Below, piece after piece: positions 39,041 to 50,000 of a DNA stretch of 60,485 nt. Each line of letters opens with the position of its first letter. The stretch's first letter is position 1. A program made the position numbers and the translations under genes. The notes under the pieces are model-generated. The model was given only the letters and a program-made list of their open reading frames with translations, was not told where the DNA came from and made no database searches. Source of the stretch: an uncultured Clostridia bacterium (GTDB lineage: Bacteria > Bacillota > Clostridia > TANB77 > CAG-465); NCBI GenBank assembly GCA_944386345.1, contig CALXAR010000002.1:1-60485 (forward strand), written 5' to 3'.

Positions 39041-40126
39041 ATGATAAAAATAAGTTTATGTATGATTGTTAAAGATGAAGAACAAGTCCTAAATAGATGT
39101 CTAACATCTGTAGAAGGTATTGCAGACGAAATAATAATTGTAGATACGGGCTCTACAGATAAAACAAAAGATATAGCCAAAAAATTTACAAATAAAATCT
39201 ATGACTTTAAATGGGTAAATGATTTCTCTAAAGCAAGAAATTACTCTTTTTCTAAAGCTACTATGGATTATACACTATGGCTTGACGCAGATGATGTTAT
39301 ATTAGAAGAAGATAGAGAAAAATTTTTAAAATTAAAAGAGGAATTAAATCCTAATACTGATATTGTTATGATGAAATATAATGTTGGTTTTGACGAAAAT
39401 GGAAATGTAAATTTTTCATATTATAGAGAAAGACTTTTAAAAACAAAAAGAAATTATATATGGAAAAGTCCAATACATGAAGTAATTGAACCTGTCGGTA
39501 ACATATTTTATAGTGACATATGTATTACTCATAAAAAAGAAAAAGAAGCATACAGTAGAAGAAACTTAGATATATTTGAGGATATGCTATCTAAAAATAT
39601 AAAACTAGATTATAGACAACAATACTATTATGCAAGAGAATTAATGTATAATAAAGAATATGAAAAAGCCATAAATAATTTAACTTTATTTATAAAAGAA
39701 GATGGCGCATGGATAGAAAACAAAATAAATGCATGTCTTGATTTAGCTAATTGCTACTTACAAATTAACAAAGAAGACATGTATCTTCCCTCACTATTTA
39801 AATCTTTTGAGTTTGATACTCCAAGAGCTGAAATATGTACTACTATAGGATTATATTTTCTAAGTAAAAGTAAATATAATCTAGCTATTTACTGGCTTAA
39901 ATTATCAACACAAATCACTCCAAATCTTAAAAGTGGAGCTTTTGTATTATTAGATTACTATAACTTTATTCCATATATAAATTTATGTGTTTGCTATGAC
40001 AGACTTGGTGATTTAAAAAAAGCATATGAATATAATGAACTTGCAGGTAAATTTAAGCCTGAAAGTAAAGAATATATAAATAATAAAAAATATTTTGAAA
40101 AAGCTTTAACAAACCTTGTCCAATAA
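39041..40126 (+). CDS. family 2 glycosyltransferase with C-terminal TPR repeats (protein-glycosylating SunS/SgtA/flagellin-GT-like architecture)
   Basis: ISLCMIVKDEE..L.RCL.SV....DEIIIVDTGSTDKT, NDFSKARN and LDADD (DxD) motifs, then TPR-like helices (YYYARELMYNKEYEKAI...). Confidence 0.85.
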   Translation: MIKISLCMIVKDEEQVLNRCLTSVEGIADEIIIVDTGSTDKTKDIAKKFTNKIYDFKWVNDFSKARNYSFSKATMDYTLWLDADDVILEEDREKFLKLKEELNPNTDIVMMKYNVGFDENGNVNFSYYRERLLKTKRNYIWKSPIHEVIEPVGNIFYSDICITHKKEKEAYSRRNLDIFEDMLSKNIKLDYRQQYYYARELMYNKEYEKAINNLTLFIKEDGAWIENKINACLDLANCYLQINKEDMYLPSLFKSFEFDTPRAEICTTIGLYFLSKSKYNLAIYWLKLSTQITPNLKSGAFVLLDYYNFIPYINLCVCYDRLGDLKKAYEYNELAGKFKPESKEYINNKKYFEKALTNLVQ

Positions 40127-40137
40127 TCATATATTAT
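40110..40137 (+). promoter_or_regulatory. sigma-K-type promoter of the first collagen-like gene
   Basis: AC (40110-40111), 17 nt spacer, CATAtatTA (40129-40137); lies inside the 3' end of the glycosyltransferase ORF. Confidence 0.5.
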
Positions 40138-40140
40138 TAT

Positions 40141-40157
40141 AGAGCTACTAGCTCTAG
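40141..40157 (+). promoter_or_regulatory. 5'-UTR palindrome / leader hairpin
   Basis: tagagcta-c-tagctcta is a perfect 8+8 inverted repeat between the -10 element and the SD. A related GAGC-taatt-GCTC hairpin lies at 41260-41272 upstream of the second gene. Confidence 0.45.
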
Positions 40158-40172
40158 AAGGAGATTTATTTT

Positions 40173-41177
<1,005 letters not shown>

Positions 41178-41183
41178 AGCAAG

Positions 41184-41219
41184 AAAGATGTTTGGGTATA
41201 TACCTAAACATCTTTTTTA
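41184..41219 (+). terminator. intrinsic terminator after the first collagen-like gene
   Basis: aaagatgtttgggta / tacctaaacatcttt stem plus T6. Confidence 0.7.
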
Positions 41220-41227
41220 ATTTAATC

Positions 41228-41254
41228 ACATTTTTATATAAAAAACATACATTA
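41228..41254 (+). promoter_or_regulatory. sigma-K-type promoter of the second collagen-like gene
   Basis: AC (41228-41229), 16 nt spacer, CATAcatTA (41246-41254). The 20 nt from CATA onward match the first gene's promoter at 19 of 20 positions. Confidence 0.5.
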
Positions 41255-41290
41255 TTATAGAGCTAATTGCTCATAAAAGGAGGATTTTAT

Positions 41291-42637
41291 ATGATTTCAA
41301 ATTCAAATTGTTCATCTTGTTGCAATAATTGTAACGGATGTAAACCAACCGTTACACCTTGTTGTATTCCAGGACCAACTGGACCTACTGGACCTCAAGG
41401 GCCTCAAGGTTTCCAAGGAATACAAGGACGTCAAGGTGCAACTGGTGTAACAGGACCACAAGGACCTCAAGGAGCACAAGGACCAGCTGGACCTCAAGGA
41501 CCTGCAGGGCCACAAGGACCTCAAGGAGCTACTGGTGCTACAGGACCTACTGGAGTAACTGGTGCGACAGGGCCTGCTGGTACCGGAGCTACTGGTGTAA
41601 CAGGCGCTACTGGTGCAACTGGAGCTACTGGAGCTACTGGACCTGCTGGTACATCTACTACTGTAGCTGTTGGTACTACAACTACTGGTACTCCTGGTAG
41701 TCAGGCTTCTGTTACTAATGTAGGTACTCCAGATAATTTGTTATTAAACTTTACTATCCCACAAGGAACCACTGGTGCTACCGGAGTAACAGGACCTACT
41801 GGTCCTACTGGTGCGACTGGAGCTACTGGACCTACAGGGCCTACTGGTGCATCTACTAGTGTTACTATTGGTACTACAACTACTGGTACTCCTGGTAGTC
41901 AGGCCTCTGTTACTAATGTAGGTACTCCAGATAATGCAATATTAAACTTTACTATTCCACAAGGAGCCACTGGTGCTCAAGGTACTGTAGGTGCTACAGG
42001 TGCGACTGGCGCAACTGGAGCTACTGGACCTACTGGTGCATCTACTACTGTTACTGTTGGTACTACAAGTACTGGTAATCCTGGTACTCAAGCTAGTGTT
42101 ACAAATGCTGGTACAGCAGATAATGTAGTACTAAATTTCACTATTCCACAAGGTGCTACTGGAGCTCAAGGTACTGCTGGAACCCAAGGAGCTACTGGAC
42201 CTACAGGACCTACTGGTGCTACAACAGTTACAGAAGCACTAAATGCAACAAACGATCCAGCTCAAGAACCTGGTGCAAGTGCTGCTTTAACTTTTGATAC
42301 TAACCAAAATACAATTGGTACTGGTATTACTCATACACCAAGTACAGGTGATTTTACACTTACAGAACCAGGAACTTATCTTGTAACTTATAGTACAACT
42401 GCAGCTGGAAGTGGTACTGCTTCATATCCAGAAACAGCTACAACTTCTCTAACTTTAGATGGTGCTACTGTTGGTGGATCTACTGCTACAGCTACAATCT
42501 CTGCTGCAAGTACTTCTGTTCCACTTTCTGGAAGTGCAATTATTACTGCTACTGCAAATCAAGTATTAAGACTTATTAATTCAAATGCTAATATTTCTTA
42601 TACAAACTCAAGTATTACAATAACAAAAATAGCTTAA
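41291..42637 (+). CDS. collagen-like exosporium-type glycoprotein with three interspersed beta modules and a BclA-like (C1q/TNF-like) C-terminal domain
   Basis: Start at ATG 41291 after an AAAGGAGG SD. Cys-rich N-terminus [28 protein letters not shown] runs, 3 copies of the ~38-aa module ST(T/S)V.(V/I)[25 protein letters not shown], and a C-terminal ~135 aa jelly-roll-like domain. Confidence 0.85.
   Translation: MISNSNCSSCCNNCNGCKPTVTPCCIPGPTGPTGPQGPQGFQGIQGRQGATGVTGPQGPQGAQGPAGPQGPAGPQGPQGATGATGPTGVTGATGPAGTGATGVTGATGATGATGATGPAGTSTTVAVGTTTTGTPGSQASVTNVGTPDNLLLNFTIPQGTTGATGVTGPTGPTGATGATGPTGPTGASTSVTIGTTTTGTPGSQASVTNVGTPDNAILNFTIPQGATGAQGTVGATGATGATGATGPTGASTTVTVGTTSTGNPGTQASVTNAGTADNVVLNFTIPQGATGAQGTAGTQGATGPTGPTGATTVTEALNATNDPAQEPGASAALTFDTNQNTIGTGITHTPSTGDFTLTEPGTYLVTYSTTAAGSGTASYPETATTSLTLDGATVGGSTATATISAASTSVPLSGSAIITATANQVLRLINSNANISYTNSSITITKIA
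41372..42220 (+). repeat. collagen-like GXY repeat region interrupted by three module repeats
   Basis: GXY blocks at aa 28-120, 160-187, 226-250 and 289-310; modules at nt 41654-41767, 41852-41965 and 42041-42154. Confidence 0.85.
41672..41935 (+). repeat. 66-nt direct repeat pair, 198 nt apart
   Basis: 41672-41737 and 41870-41935 (ggtactacaactactggtactcctggtagtcaggcYtctgttactaatgtaggtactccagataat) differ at one position. Confidence 0.85.
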
Positions 42638-42653
42638 AGTTACTTTAGTTTAT

Positions 42654-42690
42654 AACTGCCAAAATTTATTTTTTTGGCAGTTAATTTTTT
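42654..42690 (+). terminator. intrinsic terminator after the second collagen-like gene
   Basis: aactgccaaaa / ttttggcagtt stem followed by a T-run. Confidence 0.7.
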
Positions 42691-42723
42691 ATTTATTAAA
42701 TCTCTTCTACTCCTTACAATTCC

Positions 42724-42752
42724 TTGACTTTTAAAAATTTTAAGTATATACT
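42724..42752 (+). promoter_or_regulatory. sigma-A promoter of the oxidoreductase operon
   Basis: TTGACT, 17 nt spacer, TATACT. Confidence 0.55.
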
Positions 42753-42801
42753 TAAAATGTATTAATATAATAAATATATTAAGAATAAAGGAGGCTTTTT
42801 T

Positions 42802-43377
42802 ATGATTGAAATTAGATGGCATGGACGTGGCGGTCAAGGTGCCAAAACTGCATCTTTACTTCTAGCTGATGCGGCATTTAATACTGGAAAATATATACAG
42901 GGATTTCCTGAATATGGTCCAGAAAGAATGGGTGCACCAATAACTGCGTACAACAGAATTAGTGATACACCTATTAGAGTACATTCAAATATTTATTATC
43001 CTGACTATGTAGTGGTAGTAGATGATACTCTTTTAGAAACTGTAGATGTAACTAATGGACTTAAACCAGATGGAGCTATTTTAATAAATACAAACAAAAG
43101 ACCTGAACAATTAATACAATACTTAAATGGATATAAAGGAAAAATTTATACAATTGATGCTACTAAAATAAGTATGGAGTGTATAAAAGCTAATTTTCCT
43201 AATACTGCTATGCTTTCAGCTATTGTAAAAATAACAGGAATTATGACAAAAGAAGAATTACTAAATGATATGAAGGAATCTTTCAAGCATAAGTTTGCAA
43301 GAAAACCTGAAGTAATAGAACCAAATATGAAGGCTGTTGAAAGAGCTTATGACGAAGTTTCAGGAGGTAATGAATAA
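42802..43377 (+). CDS. 2-oxoacid:ferredoxin oxidoreductase subunit gamma (POR/VOR type)
   Basis: IRWHGRGGQGAKTAS...GPERMGAP signature; first gene of a gamma-delta-alpha-beta operon. Confidence 0.9.
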   Translation: MIEIRWHGRGGQGAKTASLLLADAAFNTGKYIQGFPEYGPERMGAPITAYNRISDTPIRVHSNIYYPDYVVVVDDTLLETVDVTNGLKPDGAILINTNKRPEQLIQYLNGYKGKIYTIDATKISMECIKANFPNTAMLSAIVKITGIMTKEELLNDMKESFKHKFARKPEVIEPNMKAVERAYDEVSGGNE

Positions 43378-43640
43378 TGGGAGAAATTGGATTTGGAGGA
43401 AATATCTTAAAAGATGGCAATTCAGTAGAATTTAAAACTGGATCTTGGAAAAATAGATATCCTGTACACTTAAAAGAAAAATGCAAAAACTGTATGTTTT
43501 GTGTTGGATATTGCCCTGAAGATTGTATAAGACATAAAGATGGTATATTAGAAGGAATAGATTTAGACTATTGCAAAGGATGTGGAGTGTGTGCAAAAGT
43601 ATGTCCTTTCAAAGCAATAGAAATGAAATCTAAAGAATAA
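43377..43640 (+). CDS. 2-oxoacid:ferredoxin oxidoreductase subunit delta (2x[4Fe-4S] ferredoxin-like)
   Basis: CKNCMFCVGYCP and CKGCGVCAKVCP cluster motifs; its ATG overlaps the upstream TAA (taATG). Confidence 0.9.
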   Translation: MGEIGFGGNILKDGNSVEFKTGSWKNRYPVHLKEKCKNCMFCVGYCPEDCIRHKDGILEGIDLDYCKGCGVCAKVCPFKAIEMKSKE

Positions 43641-43650
43641 GGAGGAAATT

Positions 43651-44826
43651 ATGGCTATTAGAGAAAGATTAAGTGGTAATGAAGCTGTTGCTACAGCTAT
43701 GAAACAAATAAATCCAGATACTGTTGCAGCATACCCTATTACACCTTCTACAGAAGTTCCACAATATTTTTCAAATTTTGTTGCAAATGGAGATGTAACA
43801 ACTGAATTTATTGCTGTAGAAAGTGAACATAGTGCAATGAGTGCTTGTATTGGTGCATCAGCTGCTGGTGGTAGAGTTATGAGCGCTACATCATCTCAAG
43901 GTCTTGCATATATGTTTGAGATGCTTTATGTAGCTGCAGGTATGAGGTTACCAATAACATTAGTTTGCGGTAATAGAGCATTGTCTGCTCCATTAAATAT
44001 TCATAACGATCACTCTGATTCAATGGGAGTAAGAGATGCAGGATTTATTCAACTATACTGTGAAAATAATCAAGAAGCATATGATAATGTAATTATGGCA
44101 GTAAAAATTGCAGAAAAAGCAAATTTACCTGTTATGGTATGCTATGATGGTTTTATAACTTCTCACTCAGTTGAGAATATAATGTTAATTGAAACTGAAG
44201 ATGTACAAAAATTTGTTGGAGAAAGAAAACCAACACAATATCTATTAGATGATGAAAGAAATATATCTATGGGACCTATGGATTTACAAAAATATTATTT
44301 TGAGCATAGAAAACAATTAGCTGATGCTATGCGTGGAGCAAAAGATATTATAAAAGAAGTGTCAGATGAATTCTATAAACTAACAGGAAGAAAATATGAC
44401 TTATATGAAAAATATGGAATTGAAGATGCCGAGCTTGGTATAGTTGTTCTAAATTCTACAGCGGGAACTGCTAAGGATGCAGTTGATTTACTAAGAAAAT
44501 CAGGTGTAAAAGCAGGTCTTATTAAGCCTAGAGTATTTAGACCTCTACCATATAATGAGCTTCCTGAAGAACTAAAGAATTTAAAAGCTTTAGCTATAAT
44601 GGATAAATGTGATAGTGTTAATGGCTATGCTGCTCCATTATTTACAGAAATTACTTCTGCAATGTATTCTAAAGGTCTTAATGTTCCAACTGTAGATTAT
44701 ATTTATGGACTTGGTGGTGTTGACGTAAAAGTTGAAGATATAACTTCAGTATTTAAAAAATTAAATGAAATTGCTAAAAATGGTACTGTTGAAAAGACAA
44801 CATACTATTTAGGATATGATAATTAG
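43651..44826 (+). CDS. 2-oxoacid:ferredoxin oxidoreductase subunit alpha
   Basis: SGNEAVA...AYPITPSTE...ESEHSAMSA signature. Confidence 0.9.
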   Translation: MAIRERLSGNEAVATAMKQINPDTVAAYPITPSTEVPQYFSNFVANGDVTTEFIAVESEHSAMSACIGASAAGGRVMSATSSQGLAYMFEMLYVAAGMRLPITLVCGNRALSAPLNIHNDHSDSMGVRDAGFIQLYCENNQEAYDNVIMAVKIAEKANLPVMVCYDGFITSHSVENIMLIETEDVQKFVGERKPTQYLLDDERNISMGPMDLQKYYFEHRKQLADAMRGAKDIIKEVSDEFYKLTGRKYDLYEKYGIEDAELGIVVLNSTAGTAKDAVDLLRKSGVKAGLIKPRVFRPLPYNELPEELKNLKALAIMDKCDSVNGYAAPLFTEITSAMYSKGLNVPTVDYIYGLGGVDVKVEDITSVFKKLNEIAKNGTVEKTTYYLGYDN

Positions 44827-44838
44827 GAGGTATTACAA

Positions 44839-45792
44839 ATGGCATATAATTTAAAAGATGTTGTAGAAAAAGAATCTAGATTTACTTCTGGACATAGAAT
44901 GTGTGCTGGATGTGGTGCTCCTCCAGCAATAAGGAATATACTAAGAGCTCTAAAACCAGAAGACAAAGCTGTTATATCATGTGCTACAGGATGTCTTGAG
45001 GTTTCAAGTTGCATTTATCCATATACTTCGTGGAAAAATGTATCTTTTATACATACTGCATTTGAATGCGCATCAGCCACATTATCTGGAGCTGAAAAAA
45101 CATATAATGTTTTAAAGAAAGCTGGTAAAGTAAAAAAATCTACAAAATTTATTGCAATTGGTGGTGACGGTGGTACTCTTGATATTGGACTTCAATCACT
45201 ATCAGGTGCTATGGAAAGAGGACATGACATTACTTATGTGTGCTATGATAATGGAGCATATATGAATACTGGTACACAACGTTCGTCTTCCACTCCACAT
45301 TTTGCTGATACTACAACTTCACCAGCAGGTAAAGTTTCACCAGGTAAAAGACAAAAAAGAAAAGATTTGACAGAAATTATGGTTAAACACAATATTCCAT
45401 ACGTAGCACAAACTGCTTTATTTGGAAACTTAAGCGATATATATACTAAAGCAGAAAAAGCAATTTATACAGAAGGTCCAACATTCATTGCAGCCTTTTC
45501 TCCATGTCCTAGAGGATGGGGATATCCTTCAGATGATTTAGCAGAAATAGAAAGACTTGCAGTAATGACTTGCTTTTGGCCATTATATGAAGTTGAAAAC
45601 GGTGTTTACAAGATAAACTTTAAGCCAGCAAAAAAACTTCCAGTCATAGAATTTATTAAAACTCAAAAGAGATTTAGACATATGTTAAAACCTGGTAATG
45701 AATGGATGATAGATGAACTTCAAGCTGATGTTGATGCTAAGTGGAACTACTTACTTATGATGGAAGAAACAACAAATAAAAAAGAAAACTAA
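44839..45792 (+). CDS. 2-oxoacid:ferredoxin oxidoreductase subunit beta (TPP-binding)
   Basis: GHRMCAGCG, GGDGGTLDIG TPP motif, CYDNGAYMNTG. Confidence 0.9.
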   Translation: MAYNLKDVVEKESRFTSGHRMCAGCGAPPAIRNILRALKPEDKAVISCATGCLEVSSCIYPYTSWKNVSFIHTAFECASATLSGAEKTYNVLKKAGKVKKSTKFIAIGGDGGTLDIGLQSLSGAMERGHDITYVCYDNGAYMNTGTQRSSSTPHFADTTTSPAGKVSPGKRQKRKDLTEIMVKHNIPYVAQTALFGNLSDIYTKAEKAIYTEGPTFIAAFSPCPRGWGYPSDDLAEIERLAVMTCFWPLYEVENGVYKINFKPAKKLPVIEFIKTQKRFRHMLKPGNEWMIDELQADVDAKWNYLLMMEETTNKKEN

Positions 45793-45815
45793 AAAAGCCT
45801 CATATTGAGGCTTTT
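45793..45815. terminator. bidirectional terminator between porB-like and dinB
   Basis: aaaagcctca / tgaggctttt stem. Confidence 0.7.
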
Positions 45816-47013
45816 ATTTTTTTAAGTTTATTGTACTAGCATAGTCTATTTTGTCTCCATATATATCTTTTAGTCTATCCATTACTTGTGTCGCTTTCTC
45901 TTTATTTTTATTATACTTTTCAATATTTCTATCTTTTTCTACTATATTAAAAATGTTTAATTGCTCATCTTCACTATTAGATTTTAATCCTGTCAGTCCA
46001 ACACAAATATATCTTATTGGCACACCATTTTTATAATTTTCTCTTACAAGCTCTATAACATTTTTACAGATCTCATCAAAAGAGTTTGTAAAAGATATTT
46101 TTCTTTGTCTTGAAGAAGATACAAACATAGCATCTTTATATACTATAGATACAACACTTGTTCTCATATTACTTTTTCTAAGCAAAAAAGAAACATCACT
46201 AGAAAGCTTAATAAATTCTTTTTCTAACACTCTAATATCATTTATATCTGATTCAAAAGTAATCCCTTTGCTAATACTTTTTCTCTCTTCTTTTTCATAA
46301 TAAAATTTAACTGGGTCATTATCTATTCCATTTGCATGATTATATATTTGTTCTCCTAACTTTCCCAAATGTTTAATAATTCTATATTTATTACTTAATG
46401 CTAAATCTTCAATTGTTTTTATTCCTAGCTTATTTAATTTTGCTGTTGTGTTTTTTCCAACATAAAGAAGCATATTAACTGGTAACTTATATATTTTTTC
46501 CTTATAATTATCAAAACTTATAACTGTTATAGCATCAGGCTTTTTTAAATCACTTCCAAGTTTTGCAAAAGTCTTATTAAAAGATACTCCTACAGAAATT
46601 GTTAAGTTATATTTTGATTTAATTTCTTCCTTAATTTTATATGCAATCTCATATGGTGTACCAAAAATCGCAGTACTTTCTGTTACATCTAAAAAAGATT
46701 CATCTATACTAAATTTTTCTACTCTATCCGTATACTTTTTATATATTTCATTTACAAGTTTTGAATATTTTACATATTCTTCATAATGTGGCTTAACTAA
46801 GACTAAATTTGGACATTTTTTTAAAGCTGAATACACTGTCTCTGGTGTATATATTCCATATTTTCTTGCAATTTGATTTTTAGCAAGTATAATTCCATGT
46901 CTTTTATTTGGATCACCAGATACAGCCATCGGAACATTTCTTAACTCTGGCTTGCTTAGCATTTCAACTGATGCAAAAAAGTTATTTAAATCACAATGTA
47001 AAATTGCCCTCAT
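45814..47013 (-). CDS. dinB: DNA polymerase IV (Y-family)
   Basis: ILHCDLNNFFASVE, SIDESFLDV and the little-finger region. Confidence 0.9.
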   Translation of the reverse strand: MRAILHCDLNNFFASVEMLSKPELRNVPMAVSGDPNKRHGIILAKNQIARKYGIYTPETVYSALKKCPNLVLVKPHYEEYVKYSKLVNEIYKKYTDRVEKFSIDESFLDVTESTAIFGTPYEIAYKIKEEIKSKYNLTISVGVSFNKTFAKLGSDLKKPDAITVISFDNYKEKIYKLPVNMLLYVGKNTTAKLNKLGIKTIEDLALSNKYRIIKHLGKLGEQIYNHANGIDNDPVKFYYEKEERKSISKGITFESDINDIRVLEKEFIKLSSDVSFLLRKSNMRTSVVSIVYKDAMFVSSSRQRKISFTNSFDEICKNVIELVRENYKNGVPIRYICVGLTGLKSNSEDEQLNIFNIVEKDRNIEKYNKNKEKATQVMDRLKDIYGDKIDYASTINLKK

Positions 47014-47062
47014 CTTTTATATCACCAACTTAATTATATAAAAGCATTTTTTAAGTGTCAAG

Positions 47063-47090
47063 AAAAAAAGACTTCAAATGAAGTCTTTTC
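47063..47090 (-). terminator. intrinsic terminator after smc
   Basis: gacttc / gaagtc core within aaaagacttca...tgaagtctttt; T-run on the minus strand. Confidence 0.6.
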
Positions 47091-50000
47091 TTATTTTAAT
47101 TTCATTGATACAACCTTTGATATTCCATACTCCTGCATTGTTATACCATAAACTGATGATGCTACCTCCATAGTTCCTTTTCTATGTGTAATTACAATGA
47201 ACTGATTCTTTTTTGAGTATTCTTTAATATACTCAGCAAATCTATGTACATTTACATCATCAAGAGCTGCTTCTATCTCATCTAGTATACAAAATGGTGG
47301 AGATTTTATTTGTAATATAGCAAATAAAAGTGCTGTAGCAGTAAGTGCCCTTTCTCCACCAGATAGCAACGACATGCTTTGTAATTTTTTTCCTGGCGGT
47401 TGAACTTCAATTTCAATTCCGCTATTTAGAACATCATTTTCATCTGATAGCTTAAGCTCTGCCTTACCTCCACCAAAAAGCTCTTTAAAAGTATTATTGA
47501 AATTTTCTGTTATAACTCTAAAGTTTTTAGTAAATTGCTGTTTCATTATACTAACCATATTTGATATTAGATTTTCTAATTTCTTCTTTGTCTCTACTAA
47601 ATCCTCTTTTTGATTAAATATAAAGTCATATCTTTCTTTTGTCTTTTGATAATCTTCAATAGAACCAATATTAACTTCACCTAATTCTTTTATCTCTTTT
47701 CTTAGGCTATTTGCATCCTTTTCAACTTGCTTTATATTTATTTCTTCTTCATTTGAGATTAATGCTTTTGAGCTAGATATTGTCAATTCATACTCATCCC
47801 ACATTTTATTTTTTAAATTAGTAAGCTCCATTTCATATTTTATTCTTTTTGATTCTACTTTGCTTTTTTCTTCTTTAACACTATTTAAAGTATTTAACGT
47901 ACTTATTATATCAGCATCGATATGTTCCATATTTTGCTCATATTGAGATTTTTCTTCTTTTAGTGCATTACTATTTGCTTGATAGTCTTCTTTCATTTTA
48001 GAGCTGTTTTCGATTGTTTCTTGAAGTTTTATTATCTCTTCCTTACTTTTTTCATTTTGCAAGCGAATATTTTCAATTTCTTCTTTTTTCTTTTTAATAG
48101 ACTGTTCAAAATTTAATATATCATTTTCTATTTTTTCTTTCATTTCATCTATAGATGATACAGTTTCATCAAATGAAGAAAGAGATACTTTTAAATTAAC
48201 AACATCCTCATTTAATATATCTATTTCTTTTTGCTTTTCTTTGTTAAATCTTGTGTACTCATCTATTATCTCTTGATCTTTAGCATTCTTAACATCTATA
48301 TTAAATATTTCTTTATTGTTAACTTCTATTTTTTCTTTCATTTCTTCGATTCTCAAAGAGATTTGCTCTAAGTTTTGATTAAATGCTTGTTTTTGAGAAT
48401 CTATTCTCTCAATTTCCTTGTTTATATATTCTCTTCTTTGTGTTAACGTTGCAATATCTACTACTAGTTCTTCTTTTTGAGGTATCACAGAATCAAGTTC
48501 TGCTTTAATCTCATCCTTTTGTTTTTCTAACTGAGTAGCTTGTTCTTTTATACTCTCAAATTCTTCCTCTTTACTTTCTATAATCTTCTTTAGCTCAGAT
48601 ATCTTTTCTTTTCTTCCTATAACTCCACCAGCTCTTAGTGAATTTTTTCCGCCAGTTATACTTCCACTCTGAGATAAGAGCTCTCCAGAAATCGTTACAA
48701 TTCTTAAAGAGTTTTTTATTTTTTTAGAAAGTACTATAGCGTTATCTATATTATCTACAATAATAGTATTTGCAAGTGCAAGTTTTATTGCTTTTTCATA
48801 TTTTTTGTCATATGAAACAAGCTCTGATGCTATCCCTATTACACCTTCATTTTTTAGTACTTTATTATTTATATCTGAGACACTACTTAAATTACTTAAT
48901 GGTAAAAAAGTTACTCTTCCTAAAGAATTGCTATTTAAATATGTTATTAGATTTTTAGCTATCAACTCATCTTCAACAACTATATTTTGTATAAATCCAC
49001 CAAGAGCAACTTCAATGGCATACTCATATTTTTCATCTGTTGAAATTAGACTTGCAACAGTTCCATGAACCTTAGAATTTGTCTTTGCATAATCTAAAAT
49101 GCTTTTAACTGATTTACTATATCCTTCATTTTCATTTTCTAGATTTTGTAAATAATTACATTTTGCTTTTGCAGTCATCAGCTTTTGATTAATATTATTT
49201 TTCCTATCATTAAGTACATCTATAGTATTTTGAGCATCTTGAATTTTCTTTTCTAAATCAGAGGTCATATTATTTACTTCAATTAGCTTTTGATTTTTTA
49301 ATGAAATATTTTGCCCAATTTCATTTAATTCAAAATTCAAATTATCTTTTTGAGATATACTCTTTTCGTTTTGTTTCTTCTTCTCTTCTAACTGTTTTTC
49401 TTCTGCTTCAATAGTTGCGCTAATACTACTGTTTTCGCTTTTTAGGTCAAATTTTTTATCATTATTTGCTTCAATACCTCTTTTTAGTTCTTCAATTTGC
49501 ATTCCTTGCTCATCTAAAGTAGAGACTATAGAGTTAAGTTCTTGCTCTTTTTGATTTAATTCCTCCTCAAATTTTTTCTTATTTAAGAATACATTTTCTC
49601 TTTTTTGCATTCTTTTCTCTTTTTCTTCTTTAAGAAGCTCTATCTTTTGATTATCCTCAATTATTTCTTGATTTAATCTTTCAGAGTTTGCCACTGCCGA
49701 ATTAATACTTGCATCTAACAAAGATATCTTAGAATTAATTTTTTCTTTCTCATTTTCTATTTGAAAATAGTTTTCTCTAAGCTCTTCAATCTTATTTGTA
49801 ATATGTTGAATTTTATCTTTAAGCTCAGTCTTTTTTAATTCATTTTCTTTAGATAAGTTTTCCTGTTTTTCTATATCTTTTTGTAATGTATCTATTATAT
49901 CATCAATTTTTTTCAAATCTAAGGCATTGTTCTCTACACTGTTAATAAATATCTTAACATCTAGTAGTTTTAATTCATCTCTTAATTTTAAAAATTTTCT

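Noticed and set aside
42640-42837. Minus-strand ORF 42640..42837 and similar short ORFs such as 57778..57996, 38998..39180 and 28371..28583
   Set aside because: They span terminators, promoters or intergenic AT-rich DNA, have no SD, and overlap well-supported genes or signals.
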